A DNA stretch of 64,000 bases. It comes from Ptychomitrium polyphyllum (Eukaryota). Shown piece after piece: positions 48,766 through 63,199 of this stretch. The stretch lies in assembly GCA_973851085.1 (NCBI GenBank), contig OZ316775.1, positions 20,026,001-20,090,000 of the forward strand, given 5' to 3'. The translations under genes were made by a program, and so were the position numbers. The first letter of the stretch is position 1. Each line of letters begins with the position of its first letter. The notes under the pieces were generated by a model, which was not told the DNA's origin, searched no databases, and saw only the letters and a program-made list of their open reading frames with translations.

Positions 48766-49384
48766 TGTCGATTACGGGCCACTGCACTCCTGCTGATTGC
48801 CACTGTACTAAATGATTAGTGGCTTCCACACCATAGTGTTGGATCTCATTCAACAAACTCGTTGAAACGAAAACTCTACTCCAGCAGTGGCATTTCCTAT
48901 TCAACAATTTTGTTCAATAAAGTTTAACACCATGGTGTGAAACATAATATTGATGATTTCATATCTAAACGAAACTGCCAATAGAATTAATGGTTACTTG
49001 TTTAATGTCCACTATCCATGCTTCTATTTTCTGATTTCAACGTGTACATGTTGCCCTATGTAAACTTGCTATCAAAGTTCGTGATTGCCACTTGGAAAGT
49101 GATCTGAGACATACAGCAAACTTTTTTATTGCTTGTGAACATCATGTCGCTACTGTACGCATTATGATCATAAGAATAGCAGGAGAGTCAAATATCTGTA
49201 TACCACTTCTACATAACTTAAGAATCCGGCTCAGCTATATACCAAATTCATACTTCGTCTACTCAAATTTCTGCACGCAAGCCAAAAGAATAACATCTTC
49301 TCAAACCCGCCGTTTCTTCAGGTTCTGAGGATAAATACTCAAAATCTCACATGTCAACACCTCCTAAATTGCTGACCTGACAAC

Positions 49385-52216
49385 CTAACGACGAGGAAGG
49401 GTGCACTCTTTGGGTGGCACAGGGAAGCGCTTGTAGTCGGTGCAGTAGTTATAACGCATATACTGGGCGTTAATCTCATCCATATAAGCCAGACGCTCCG
49501 CTGGCAACGACCAGAAATAGGGGTTGTTCCACCAGTTGTCTGCCAATATACACAGAATCAGAGAAGTTAACAACTAGGGACATATTCATTTAGCATTGGC
49601 AGGTCCAGAAACAAAGAAATACATATCACAGATCCGAAAGTATAACCCCTGCTGAAATCCAGCCAATGATTTCGGGCATTCGAGGCATAAACCGTTGCAA
49701 AATTCGTTCCAAAGTGAGAAATTAATTGACATGAATGATTAAATTCGAACCCAATTGAGTGCAAGTCTTACTGTGATCCGGATTAGCGCAGGGAGAGGCA
49801 TAGACGTTGTTGGGGTCGACTTTGCAAGCGTCGAGGATGAAGTTGGTGTAATGCACTTGGAAAGGGGAGCAGGACCAGTCGATCTTGTCTAGGCCTCCGC
49901 GGGTGGCCCAGTTGGAGCCGTCGAAGATGCTCATGTACCCCTGCATGGGCTTCGAGTTCAAGTACGCAATTCCTTCATCTTCGTAGTTCTGGAAGATCCG
50001 GATCAACACCTCGTCCACATACATTCTGCCCATATACGCATTGCCCGAATTTTCATACCTCTGCATCTTAATAACTTTTCCATAGCCAACTGAACAACGC
50101 TTTTCCAACACTAGAGACCTGCTATATGTATCGTGAAATGTAAACGTTTGCTGATTGAATCAAGAGTTTTTTCGTAATATCCTCCTAGGTAACAGTAATA
50201 GATCAACCCCTTGCTGGGATTTCGGTTAATATACTTCGACTGCGGCATCAAGAACTTTAAATGCTCTAATTGCTAATATCTCAGAATGTGTAAGATGAGC
50301 TTGGTGTAAGTTACGTTCTGGAAAGATGCTATTGAAATGAGATGAGCGAAAATGGTCTAGCTGAGTTCATGTGCAGGACTTACGAGACGGTTTTGTGGTT
50401 CCAGATGACGCTGTAGTAGTGGTACTCCTCGGAGGGATCGAACCAAAGGGAGATGCGCTGCTCCCGCTCACCGATGCCATTGGCGAAGATGTTAGTCTGG
50501 AGATGCCATTCAATCTGGCCTGTCACGGCATCGGTCTTGTTGCCCAGGAACTCGAAGTCCACTTCGCTGTGGTTAAAATTAGCCCCTCCTGGAGAGGACA
50601 GCTGCCACCGTTATCACCAACAAAGGACGCAGAGTCAGGATAAATTTAGATGTAAATATGTATTAATCAACATACTTTGACACACGTCCAGATACAGATT
50701 CAAAGATTAAGGATGAAGTTCAAAAACACTCTAAGAACATGGTTAGAGTTACAGTTCAAATTGGATGTCATGCCTTGCATACCTGGTCCTGACTGATGAG
50801 TTAGTATTTTTATTGCTCTCAAGCGAACTTGAATGCTTTTTTATTTACGTCGAATATCACGGTTACTATTATGAACAAATACTGTACAGAAATGACAGTA
50901 CAATGATTGGTAGTTTGGCACATTTTTCTTTAAATTTAGAGAAATAAAAATCAGGAATGTTTCCATTATACAGTTGAACTCCAACGCTGCCTCCCTATTA
51001 GAGCTTTCTTTGTAACCATTACCCCTGTTCTTAAGTTCTTCATGGAGTGGCAGATCATTGGAATCTAAAACTCTGGAATCCTGAAACTCTTGGCAGTGTG
51101 ATCATATGTCATGATTCTCAGAGCGGTGGCATATTGCGGCACGACCGGCCTACTGCCTCGCGTAATTCAAATTTGAATGTAACCATACCCTTTTGACTTT
51201 CTAAACAAGTGGGTCATAGGTAGGGTAGGGAAATGGTTATATTCGAGTTGAACTACCGGGGTTAAGGGTCCCGGGTGCCCCATGATGCTGACCCTGTGTA
51301 GAAAATTTGATGACTCACGAGTACTGCCTGTATAAAACATCAAGACGCGTTTTTATATCTGATTTTTCATTTCCATTTCACACTAAGTGCTTTCTCGTGA
51401 AGAACCGGTTTTGCACGACGTAACTAGGTTCAAAGTTGAAATTTCACAGCAGATCATGAGAATGTTGTAACTGAATTTAGAAAAACGTAATTGGATTGAA
51501 TTGAAATGCTCACGTAAAAGGTGGTCACTGTCCCTGCAGTATTGCCCTTGGGCAACTTGATTGACGTTCTTAAATATCCATAAAAGTAGCTGGTATTGGT
51601 CGACACAGTGGCGCCTGCGCACATTAAGTCAAAAATATTAAAAAGGCAAATAAAAACAAACACTCTCCAAACAATATTAAATCCAGAACCGTTGTTTTGC
51701 ATTCTTCATGCAGAAAATTAATGCAATCCTACCCACTGTCAGCTCACCAATCCTCCTTCCATTATTCTTACATACATATCCTGCTTCGCCGTGGACATAT
51801 ACACATCATCTCGGGCACATTGTTCATTCTTAGCCCCAAATTGTCTTGTCTCAGCAAAACTTAACCCAAATTTATCATCTGTTCTGCGTGACATTGTTCT
51901 TTCCAACTCAGTACAGATCAACAATGTACATAACTCACATCCTTGACCCAAGAGTGTACCACTGCCAGCTCTAAAATCACACAAAATGTTCGTTACTACA
52001 GGAATCAAAAGTCGTACCATCAGAGTAGTTTCCGTTCTTAGTGAGCTGCAGCTGCAACTGATCGCCCACCGCCCCCGCATTATACTCATTCCACCTCGCA
52101 ATGAAATCGCTCGCATAAAACGAACTCTGCAGAGGCTGATATTGCTGCGCTATAACTCCATAGCTCAATGAGCTCAACAACATCACCAACACCACTGCCT
52201 TCAAAAACATCGCCAT
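49385..52216 (-). CDS. XTH: Xyloglucan endotransglucosylase/hydrolase (GH16), 5 exons, about 308 aa
   Basis: Exons 52216-52018, 51614-51514, 50601-50384, 50025-49772, 49539-49385. Signal peptide; [11 protein letters not shown]; catalytic [49 protein letters not shown]. Confidence 0.93.
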
Positions 52217-52916
52217 GATAACACCGCCCACCCAGCTCCAAATCGATATCCTCTACAATGACCTCCCTTCAACGCCAAACATGAATGCTTTTTTTGTCAA
52301 GCAACTTTGGCTCTACAGTGCAGGAACTTCGACTAGCTAGTCTAGCTTCCCAAAGGACTCTGAACCTCGTGTGACGTTACAGCTCCCCCAGGATGCATCC
52401 GCCAGCTGGAAAACCTCTAGTCCCCTCTTCGCCTCTGCCTACGAAACCAGTGTGCAGTGACTAATTCTCTGCAAATGGAAGCCTGCAGTCGCAGCTCCGA
52501 GAGAACTGCACCAAGGGACACATGCGTGCGAGAGTTGGAAGTGAGCCTGAGGTTGCCACCACGTCGTCCAGTAAAACTGTTCCAGCCGAGTAACAACTGT
52601 GAGTGGAGGTTGATCGGCAGTAACTCAGGTGGTCCCCTAATTGGGGTGAGAGTACAGAGTCCGCCGGTGGCACTGCCGAGGAATGATACGGAGTCTTCGG
52701 AGTCATGTGGGGACATTGCAGGTCGGGTACTCCTCGAGATTGGTTGTGTGATCAAATGCATGGAAGTTGGCGAGATCTAGACAGCGATGGCGTTATGTCG
52801 ACCCACCTGCACCAGCGTTGGCAGCGTTGGCAGAGTTGCCAAGATCTCGCCGTGGAAGTCAAATGGACGTCGCTTGAGGTGGACGGAGTGGCAACAGCTT
52901 CCTTCCGCTATGACCT

Positions 52917-52995
52917 CTTTCTCCTTTTCCTTTTTTCCTTTTTTCCTTTTTCCTTTTTCCTTTTTACATTTTACTTTTGACTTTTTTTCCTTTCA
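52917..52995. repeat. Pyrimidine-rich low-complexity tract (TTTTTCC)n
   Basis: Imperfect TTTTTCC repeats visible directly. Confidence 0.8.
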
Positions 52996-54004
52996 TTCTG
53001 TCCAGGTGGGAGGGCTTGGGTTGACCACCACAATAGTGCGCCTGCGACATTTTACTGTAGTAGAGTCTACGTTTTTCACAACCTAGCCAGTTTTCTTAAA
53101 GAAATCTTACCTGGTATGAAGATTCTGCAGGTCACACTAGACAATGGACTACGTCATGTTACAAGTGATACTGTTTGTATGCTAGGTGCAATAGTAGGGA
53201 GTTGCTTCTTTTGGGTCCATTCTTTGTATGATTCTCTTCTTTTTTAACATGTTTTGTTATATGTTTTGAAATTTTGAGTTTTGGAACTTCAAGATGCCAT
53301 ATGTTTTATAAGATTAGCAGTTTTTAGAATGTTCAAAGTGGACCAGAAGTTGATTTCTAAGACTTTTAGAATAAATATTTAAATTATTTAGAAGGTATAA
53401 TTTGACAACTTAGCAATACAACTTAGGTTCTTTTAACTTTCTCTGTTGTTGGAAGATTAGGATGGTCTGCAATCATATGAAGAATTCACCTTTTCAAAAT
53501 CTGACATGCAAAGTAACATTTAAAGTTAATCTTTGAAGTTTTCCTATTTGTTAAATTTTTAAATAAGAACAAAAAAGAATTTAAAAATATATATATATAA
53601 TTTTTATTTTTGTTTTATTTTATTTTGAAATTTTGAAAGAAAAAATAAAATCAAACTATAAAGCTTTACAAAGATAAAAGAATCCAACAAAGCAAAGCCT
53701 TTCATTTTAATTAAGAGAGAAAACAAAAGGAGATATAAATGAAAGACTATGAACAGGAATTTACAAGAACAAATAAATAACAAAATAAGAAATTTTTGAA
53801 AAAAAAGTACAAAATCATAAAAAATCACTCCTACCCAATATTTGTTGATTTGAGTTAGTTTCATCATTAAAGACAAAACTCCACTAATGAGTTTATGGGA
53901 TGAACCTCATTTCTTGAAAAAACTTAAATTCTTACTCTCAGGGTGAGGATCGCACTACGAGAAGCATTCCCAAACTGTCAGCAACCTCAAAAGAACGAAG
54001 GTAT

Positions 54005-54072
54005 CCTAAACCGTCATATTACCTAAAACAGTCACCTCACCTAAAAAAGTCACTGTACCCAAAACGGACATC
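54005..54072 (+). repeat. Degenerate 17-18-bp tandem array upstream of CCX, same motif family as 40040-40164
   Basis: CCTAAACCGTCATATTA, CCTAAAACAGTCACCTCA, CCTAAAAAAGTCACTGTA, CCCAAAACGGACA. Confidence 0.7.
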
Positions 54073-54632
54073 AACTACATAAACAATAGAGGTCAGAGAA
54101 TCCCAAAAAGGCTCCTGGTAGTCGACGTTGGGTTTAGGGTACAGCAACGGCAGTGGTTATAGGCCCCTCACAAGGCTGACGATCCCATGAGCACGTTGTC
54201 GCAGCATCGGCATTCGAGTCACGAACTGCGAGCCCACGCAGCGCTATTCTCAGACTACACTAGTGCTGTGACGAGAACCTATCGTGCTTATCTTGCGTCA
54301 TAGTTTGTATCAATCGAGCGATCAATCTGAATCGGAGGTTGAGCATCGGTTTCGAAGCTGTTGGATCCCGAGATCCCATGTTGAGCTTCTATGTCCAAGG
54401 GTAGTATAACTCATGGGGGTCGACTGATCCACTGATCGAGCGGGTGCTGTTCGTAGTTAGATTGAGGTTTTAGATGTTTTGCTGACAACTTCTCAGTGTG
54501 CTGATTGGGATCGAATTCGCTTTAAGTGAAGTGGCTCTTAGGGTTTTAGTTGGGCGCAGAGCACTATGTCGAATTAGGGTTTGTTTTGAAGGGGATTTGT
54601 GAGATTTTTGGGTTTCAAGGCAGATCAGCAGG

Positions 54633-57518
54633 ATGGCTGGGCGGAACATTCGTCCTCTTTTACGACTTGGGTCGCTGGTTTTTTTTCTCGTTCTGCTGCG
54701 AAATTCTGGGAAACCATCGGATCACTTAGGTGAAGCTCAGCTTGAGCTCGGAGGTGAGAGACGGGTGGGTTTCAGGCATTTGCTCAGTTTGAAGGGTGAT
54801 TATCTCGGTTTCCGATCGAGAGAATGGAAACAGACGGCTGGGAATAGACGAGTGACTGAGGGTGCAGGAGTTTCGAATGTTGCAAGTAGTACTTTAAGTG
54901 TTGGTTTACAGCACAGTGAGCCTGTGGATGTAGGGGCGCTCTCAAGTGAGAACACAACAGTTGTAGGTGGGGGTGAGAGTTCGTTGAAGGAAAACTTCAC
55001 AATATGTGAAAATGTGAAGGCCCATGTTGGATACCCAGATTCGTGCTCCTATGTGCGAGCTAATCCTGAATGCCGTTCTGGGACGATGATCGAGTACGCT
55101 GAACGATTTTACTGCACTTTTAAAAAGCTTCCGTTTATCGGCTATGTGGTTTACTTTCTGTGGTTGTTGGCGCTATTCTATATGCTCGGGAACACTGCGG
55201 CTGATTTCTTCTGTCCGTCGTTGGAGATCCTATCTAAGCTGCTGCATCTTCCACCTACTGTTGCTGGGGTTTCACTTTTGCCTCTGGGCAATGGAGCTCC
55301 AGATGTCTTTGCTAGTATCGCTGCTTTTACGGGATCGAGTAATGGCCAGGTTTGTAGAATAATCTCTTCAAGGGTTAATGTGATCACTTCAATATGTGAG
55401 ATGCTGCTTTTTTTGTGTATGCTATTTCTTTTTTCTATTTGGTGGCCATAAAATCATAATGGCATGCAAGAGTGACATAAGCAGAGAGAGGATGATGAAG
55501 CTCACTTAGTTCTGGCCAGTTCAGCGTTTTCATTTTCATTTGTTAGCTGTCGACGATGGTTAATTGAAGGAGCATCTTTTAATTCAGGTTTTAGGGTTTG
55601 GGGTTGACATTTATTATAATTGCCGGAGGTGATCGAAGCTATTCTTTCAAGTGCGAGAGGGAATGAAGAGCATTTCGGAAGGCATTTATCATTTTCTTCC
55701 TCTTACCTGCGTTAATGATGGTTTCTCCTGTTTTGAACAATGTTGCAGGTGGGATTGAATAGCGTTCTAGGTGGCGCGATGTTTGTAACATCAGTTGTGG
55801 CAGGTTCTGTTGCGCTGGTGGTCTCTAGCGTGCACGGTGCTGGGACGTTAAACCTGGACCGCAACTGCTTTCTCAGGGACGTTGGGTTTTTCATGGTTAC
55901 TTTAGTGTCCCTCCTCCTCATCATAATTGTGGGGAAAATACATCTGTGGGGGGCAATTATGTATATATCTATCTATCTGGTATATGGATTTATGATAGCG
56001 GCGGGAGAGTGTATGAAGACCCAGGATCGCAAGAAACGCCAGTCATCATACGCCATGGAGCCACTGCTTTTAAGTAAATACTCCTTTGAAGCTATTTGAC
56101 TATTTTAATTTTCACATGACAATGTTGCAAGGTAGAGTTGTTAATTCATTGATGATCATACAACAATGTGTTTCAAGGGAACATGTAATTTAATTATCAT
56201 GATCATGTTTGCTAAAGCGTGCTTTTGGCTTTTCACTTCCTGGAGAGCGTAGTGAAGGCTATGATAACATGAAGTCCACAATCTTCTGTTTATTGAACTA
56301 GATTTACACACAAATTCCTTTATGTGCTAGACATGGTTGGAATGTGGAATGTGGCTGCAAATGCTCTATAGTATTCTCACTGGCTTTTAGGTCCTTCCGC
56401 AGCTGAAGAGGAGGGCTCAGGGTCCTTTGGTGAAGAGTCTGTAATGGAAAACACTCTACCTCAGTGGATGTGGACTTCCAATGTTGCTATATATTCGCAC
56501 AAAGGCTTGGCCACGTTGGAGGGGTCGTCTCGCCCATTATGGGGATGGAGTGAGCAGGAAGAAGCGGAATTGCAGGTGCACTTCTGTCTCTCATTCATTC
56601 AATTCCCGATTTTGCTCTTCTAGGTTGTTGCCGAGATAAACTTCGTCTTTTAATTATTATCTCAAGCAAAATTTGATTTTTTGGTTGCAGGCACAGAGGT
56701 CAGTCCGCAGGCTTTGCTGGCAGCTTATTTGGATGCTACTCAACCTGCCCCGGCGCTTGACTATTCCTTTAGTTGAGGATTCACGGTGGTCTCGTCCGCT
56801 TGCAATCGGAACTGCACTGTTAGCGCCCACTCTTTTGGCTGCCGTCTGGGATGGGAACGACGGCCATCCCTTGGGTAGTAGTCCGACAGTTTACATATTC
56901 GGCATAATTCTAGGTGCACTATTGGGGATCCTCACCTTTTTTACCACAAAATCAGAGCATCCACCGCGGCGCTTCCTCTTCCCGTGGGCATTCGGGGGGT
57001 TTATCATGAGCATTGTTTGGTTCTATCTCATCGCAAACGAGCTTGTGGCGGCTTTAGTAGCCCTGGGCATAATACTGGAGATCGATGCAGCCATTCTTGG
57101 ATTGACCGTCCTTGCCTGGGGTAACTCCATTGGAGATCTGATGTCTAATATAGCACTCTCCTTCAATGGTAACGATGGGGTGCAGATCGCCATTTCAGGT
57201 TGTTATGCAGGTCCTATGTTCAATACCCTGGTTGGTCTGGGGCTTTCGTTTCTTTTTACCAGTTGGAAATCCTACCCTTCTGCATTTGTCATCCCAACGG
57301 ACTACAGCTTATTTTATACCATTGGGTTTCTATATGTTGGCTTATTGTGGGCGATGTTCACATTGCCAACGCGAGCTATGACTCCTAGCAAAGGCTTTGG
57401 TGTTGGCCTACTTGTTCTGTATGGGACCTTCCTTTCCTTACGCCTGGCTAATGTGACTGGACTTATTTCCTTACCTGGTCTAGGCAATGACTTGGGACCT
57501 TCTCTTCCAACTCGGTAG
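54633..57518 (+). CDS. CCX: Cation/calcium exchanger (CCX, CaCA family), 4 exons, about 684 aa
   Basis: Exons 54633-55349, 55749-56073, 56391-56575, 56691-57518. Alpha-1 motif LGNGAPDVF, alpha-2 motif AWGNSIGD, SGCYAGPMFN and multiple TM helices. Confidence 0.95.
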
Positions 57519-57659
57519 CGGTGCAGTTCCATGAGGAAACCTTGGTGATTTGCCCCCACCTAAGTCTTTGTTTCTATTTGTAGAAGGGTCATCTCATGTG
57601 GCCCATTTCTGTAGAGTACTGTAGTTGTAACATATAATGCTAATTGGAGGTAAGTTGTG

Positions 57660-57712
57660 AGATCCTTGTGAACAATGAAGGATCCTTGTGAACAATGAAG
57701 GATCCTTGTGAA
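57660..57712. repeat. 20-bp tandem repeat in the CCX 3' region
   Basis: GATCCTTGTGAACAATGAAG, about 2.6 copies. Confidence 0.9.
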
Positions 57713-60700
57713 TAGTGATCTGTTTGTAAATTTTCAAGATCTGGACTGTGCGGATCACTGATTGAATTACTACTCGTCAACTATGATTGTGCATTCATCT
57801 GTGTATTCTGCTGATGCTCTTTTTAATGTAGGTAGTCCAAATCTTAGACCCTCCAAATGCTGGCTAGGTGTTGAATGACATGGAGAGTTTATGTGTGATA
57901 TATGCAGAACATGCTTCTCCTTTGTTTTGTAATACGCTGAATTTGAGAGATGCAGAAATATTTCCTTTTAATCCTGGATTAGTTTCAGATTTTCTGTAAA
58001 AGAAAACAGATTCTAGCGTACAGCGTCTTTACATGCTACATCCTAGTCCAATGCCAATGTATTGGGTAGGATCTCCAGGATCACAACATTTTTCAGTGTT
58101 GTGGCACTATACAAGCCTGATTTAATGCAATGACCTAGATGCTTCATAACAATCTGTACGCAACCAGTTACTACAATTCATGAGCACATTACAACCTATT
58201 TTTTCTTTTGAAGTAGGTAACCCCTCAAAATACTTAACACTAGAAACACCACGTTTTAGTTAAATTACTTCCAACTATACTAACCCTACTTTCAGCTATA
58301 CTAACCATATAGTTAAGCCTTGTAGTCTTACTAACATTATCAGTTTGTAATTTTCTTATGATTTTAGGTATTTGTTGTGATGTTTTAGGTTTTTTTAAAA
58401 GCGCTTCACTTCAAAATCCATTGAAAATTCAATTTTTAAAGAAATTTGAACTAAAAAGAATTCCACAACTACATGAGTAAATTTGAAATCAATTTTATAA
58501 GGTATATATAAAATTTTAGTGTTTTATTTATTATAATTCATGTACAAATTTAGTGAGCTGTCATGCAAGAAGATGGCAACAATGTCTAGTAATCATTTGT
58601 AGGCCTTAAAGATGTTGTATAGAAGAATAAATTAGCGTACTTAAAGATTTGTAGGTCTTTGTAGGCCTTGAAGCAAGGAGCTAGTTTGAATTTTTAGAAT
58701 TTATAGAGGTGTAGGAAAAATAGTTTGGGAGCTAATTAAAGTGGATACAATCTTTGATCACCACTTCTCTTTTTTGTTTTCTTCAAATATTCTTGAGGTT
58801 GGTTGGTTGTTGTTGAAGTTTAGGAAATAAAAATCTTAAAGATTCAATATAAATGATAGCAAGTTTGCCCAATGTATCAAATCTAAAGCATTTCCTTATT
58901 GACTTCAATTATTATGCAAGATTAATCCTAAATGAAATGAAGTGGAAGCATGTAAAAAAGGATTTGAGTGCTTATCACCTAAAAAGTGTGTATTGCAAAG
59001 GGTTGTTGATATGATGAAGATATGTGGCCCAAGGTATTCTACATCAATTCTTATGCAAGGAAAGGCAAATTTTGTTGTTTTTTAAAGTACTAGTATAAAA
59101 AAACACTTATTTTCTTATAAATGAAAACTTCATACCTATATAAGGTATCCAAAAAAAAAATTTAATTTGATAACAAATCATTTTGAAATGGTGCCTACAT
59201 GGGGACATACTTTTGTCAACTGATGTCCAAATTCAGAATTTTTATACCTATTTCATTATGTGGTTATTAATGTGTTTACAATGGTGATATTTTCATGTGG
59301 ATAAGTGTTTTTTCCAAACTCCAGTTTGGAGTGTGCGTTGATGGCCTCAGAGCTACTTCCAGTACCCTTGAACTGCCCACAAACTGGGCTTTACATACGC
59401 TTGACCATCCATCCAATTGACGCAGTGGTGTAAGTTGTGGTGGGAAATCTGCCAAGGCTGAAGACTTGAATGACAAGGCAACAACAAAATAATGCTATGG
59501 TGTCAAGCCAACCAATCACAGGATACATCATGTTTGGAGACTTGTCACAACGCTATGGTACCACAGCACCAACTCTTCAATCCATCACATTGAACTACCG
59601 CCTTCGTCACTATCTTATACGTTATGTGTCAGCATCTCTATAGAGTTTTTTCTTTCTCTTTTTCTTTTTCTCTTTCTTTTATTATTTTTTGTCTGCTGCC
59701 CCCTTACTACCAGTAGAATTATATTTCTTTGCACAGACAATATACACACTCCTCATTTGTCAGCATGGCTGCCAGTCTAGTCTGTCAGGAGGACACCGAC
59801 ACAGAATTGGAGACTCCAAATTCTGAGCGCCGTGTGACTATTGCCAGCTGATTGATTGCAAGGGAGTAGTCAGTATTGATGTGAAATAACTCATATCTGG
59901 TTCAACAGTTGAGCTTTCTTAGTGCATACAAAACGTCACATACAATGGTAGGTGCTCACCGGCATTTGGTATGTTTAACACCATTGAAGTTTCTGTAAGA
60001 CTTGAGAGGATGTAAAAAATGGGGTAACGTGAGTCACTTTTTCACATGTTTCCCTCCACCAATGAGAACTCTCTGAAGAACATTGTCCATTGTAGGACAC
60101 AAAAAGCAAGATAGCTACTTTTTGAGTTTCTGCAGTCATTTTTAAGTGTTATTGTTGTTTTCTGAATTATATTTTATGCCCAAAAAGAGCCTATGACACC
60201 CTTCTTGTCAGTTTAGGAGCTTTTATACAAAGTGATTCAGGATGGTGAGTTAGAATCCTCTTTGACTTCGTCTGATCACACAAATCATGAAGTTGATTGG
60301 TAGCCTAGTTGGTATGACAGTAGGGTAAAAAGATTTCATGTTCTTTTATTAAAATTAAGCTAAATTCTTAATAAATTTTATTTTTTTCAACCTAGTGGCG
60401 CATCCTTATAAATAAAATCATAATATACGGCTTAAATAGACCATAAGACTCCGATAGGCCTGCGGCCTTTATTCATTCATTCATTAGAATGAAATAGACA
60501 TGATTTTTTAGAGAGAAATGGGATTATATATTTCTCCAGATGCTAATCAACCAATTAATTTAAAAAACAAGCAAAATTAGTGAACCAAACCAAATGCATA
60601 TCAAAATCTTGTACACTTTTTTTCTCTTTCTTATCTTTATTTAATATTAATTACTTGGGTTGGTTGTTGCATTCATTTATCTAAATGCAACCTCCAGTCT

Positions 60701-62899
60701 CAAAGTTACATTCATATCTCTTATATGTGCTTTAATTTGCACTTAAAGATACACGCTGGTTTAAAATTCAAAATTTCTTTTTATTCTCTATATTCCTTCC
60801 TCTCCTAGTATTAAATGCTAAAAGATTTGCACTTATTTGAAGGTCTTATTGCAAACCTACATTTATCATTGAACCAATGCGCCTTGTAGGAGAAAAAACT
60901 TATTTTTGTGTATGTACTTAAAACAATTAATGAATGCATTTACAACACATCATTTCAAAAGATTTAACAACATCTTTCAGATATGGCCTCTAATGATATG
61001 GATCTATAAACAAAACATTTATATAGTTCTTCTTTGCACAAAACTTTGTTTTTTTTGTTCTATTTTGTACTTAATTTGTTTTTCCTTCCTACTTCTATTA
61101 TTAGGCATTATAGCTAATTTAGTATATAGAATATAATGATATCTTCATGGATCTCAATTGGTTGTAATTTGGACCTTCAAATGAAGTTTATTATGTATGG
61201 GATTTGTAGATTCTTTATACCAAGCATTGTAGTATTAAGTATTATATTTATCTTAACTATGCATGTCATTACTTTGGAGGTTTTCAAATTAAGTTTAAGA
61301 ATGATGTTAGAATGCCTTGCCATTAAGTATATATACTATTATTTGTAAGTATTACCTTTCTTTTTTAAAAGGATGGAATAAAATGCAAGTGTAAATTTAT
61401 GATTCCATTAAGATTTAGAGTTTGGTTATTTTTCCATTTATTTAATTCAATATAGACATTTTACAAATGACATTAGAATCTAAATTGAAGAAACCTTCTT
61501 TAGCAATTTTGCACTTTAAAACATGATCAAATATTGTTATAATTTATTAGTGTATACTTAATAGAATCATTGTTAAATTTGAAGCTCAATAAATATTTAT
61601 TGTTATATTATATAGAAGATTGAAATGATTGTTATACTTGTTATAGACTATATAGTAGCTATTGTGAAGCTTCAATTCAAAGTAATTTGCAAAGAGAGGC
61701 CATCTTCTTAAGGATTGGTATAATTAAATGGCTTTATATACGACCTAAAAGCCTTGGTCCAAAAGAAAGCACTTTTATAAGTTTTATTTCAAGAATATAC
61801 ATTTATCAAGTACATGTGGCCACTATTCTTCAAACATTGCTACAATTCAAGTGGTTCTTATTTTTGACTTTTAAATGGTCAAGAGTATAATTTAAATATT
61901 CATATTTTTTAATAATTTTTAACAAATTTTGTAAAAAATTGCCATAATAATTAACTTAAATATTGTACATGACAAAGTTCTTTTCAAATTTTGAACAACA
62001 ATATGCATTCTTAAAGTTTTTTCAATTTTGAGGTTTGTAAAATTTTGCTAAAAAAAATGATGAACTTATTTTAAGTTATAATGGTGAATTCATAAAGTTG
62101 AATTCATAGATTCAAGATAAAAGAATTATCTAGATATACTTGGAGCTACAAGGCTTCAAGTCTTGTATTATAAAACCTATTATTATTAATGGAATTTCTC
62201 TTTATATCTACTTTTGTACATGAAATATAAATGAGATATTCTATGCTCTTTGATTTACTAATTAATTGAATCATATCTAACTTAAAGAACAAGTTAATTG
62301 TTGGTTTTGTCAAATGCTAGCCTTCTATAGGATGGAATCATATGTTTGCAACATTTTTTATTTACAAATACTAAAATTAAAGCTTAATTACCTAACATGC
62401 ATTTAAAAATAATTTGGGCTAATTTGTGAATAGAAAAACATTGTACTTAAGCATTTTATTATTTAATATTTAAAAAAATTAGAATATTTTTACCTTGTTT
62501 TTCAAAAGTTGAGGAAATATTAGGAATAAAATAAATAATGATGGTAAGTTGAAGAGCTAGGAAGAATTCAATAAGCCATAAATGATTCAATTCTTAACTC
62601 AATCATTACCTGCTAGCAAAGAACAATATGAATGCATAACTTTGAAGACATATTGTACAAGACTCTTGCAAAGCAAAGCCATGGTGTCTATCAAATATTA
62701 TACAACAATAATGTTCTTTTGCTTTTCCAAACCTCATACTATAGTTATCCACTAAGGCTGTGGAAAATATTCTCCAAAGTTACACTGTTCATGGAGTTTC
62801 TCAATCCTTTGTTATTATATGGATGCTCTACGGACATGCTAACTTGGCATCAATGAAATGCTTGCTGTGCATGCTACTGTATGTCCATTGCAATTCCTT

Positions 62900-63199
62900 G
62901 CTTGGCTCTTGATCTTATGCCGTATGACTGCAAGCATCTGTTTGATCATCTCATCAATTCCATCCCTTTAATTCAAGTTCCTAACCTACTGCTCCCTTTG
63001 CATACAAAGACCATGGCATCCTAAACCTCATCTGGCATAGATATTTGCAACCTATATCTAATTGCACAAAGAATTTTGTGTGTAAGGACTTCTGCATAAA
63101 GATCTTTTGCACACAAGTTGCAACTCTTTCCTGCAAAAGTAGCAGACAGCTGTTAAAAACACAGTTTTTGGATTTTTCTGACAATCCTAAATATACCAA
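62900..63199 (-). mobile_element. Possible decayed KDZ (Kyakuja-Dileera-Zisupton)-type transposase fragment
   Basis: ER...FFVQLDIGCKY...MP...AVG followed by KGWN**DDQTD, resembling the KDZ motifs YDIxC...AVg and GxGxxDGE. Stops are present. Confidence 0.3.

Noticed and set aside
51939..51968. Frame-preserving 30-nt candidate mini-exon ([10 protein letters not shown]) in XTH intron 1
   Set aside because: It would need a 49-nt upstream intron, and the direct splice 52018 to 51614 already gives a normal XTH. It cannot be supported without RNA-seq.
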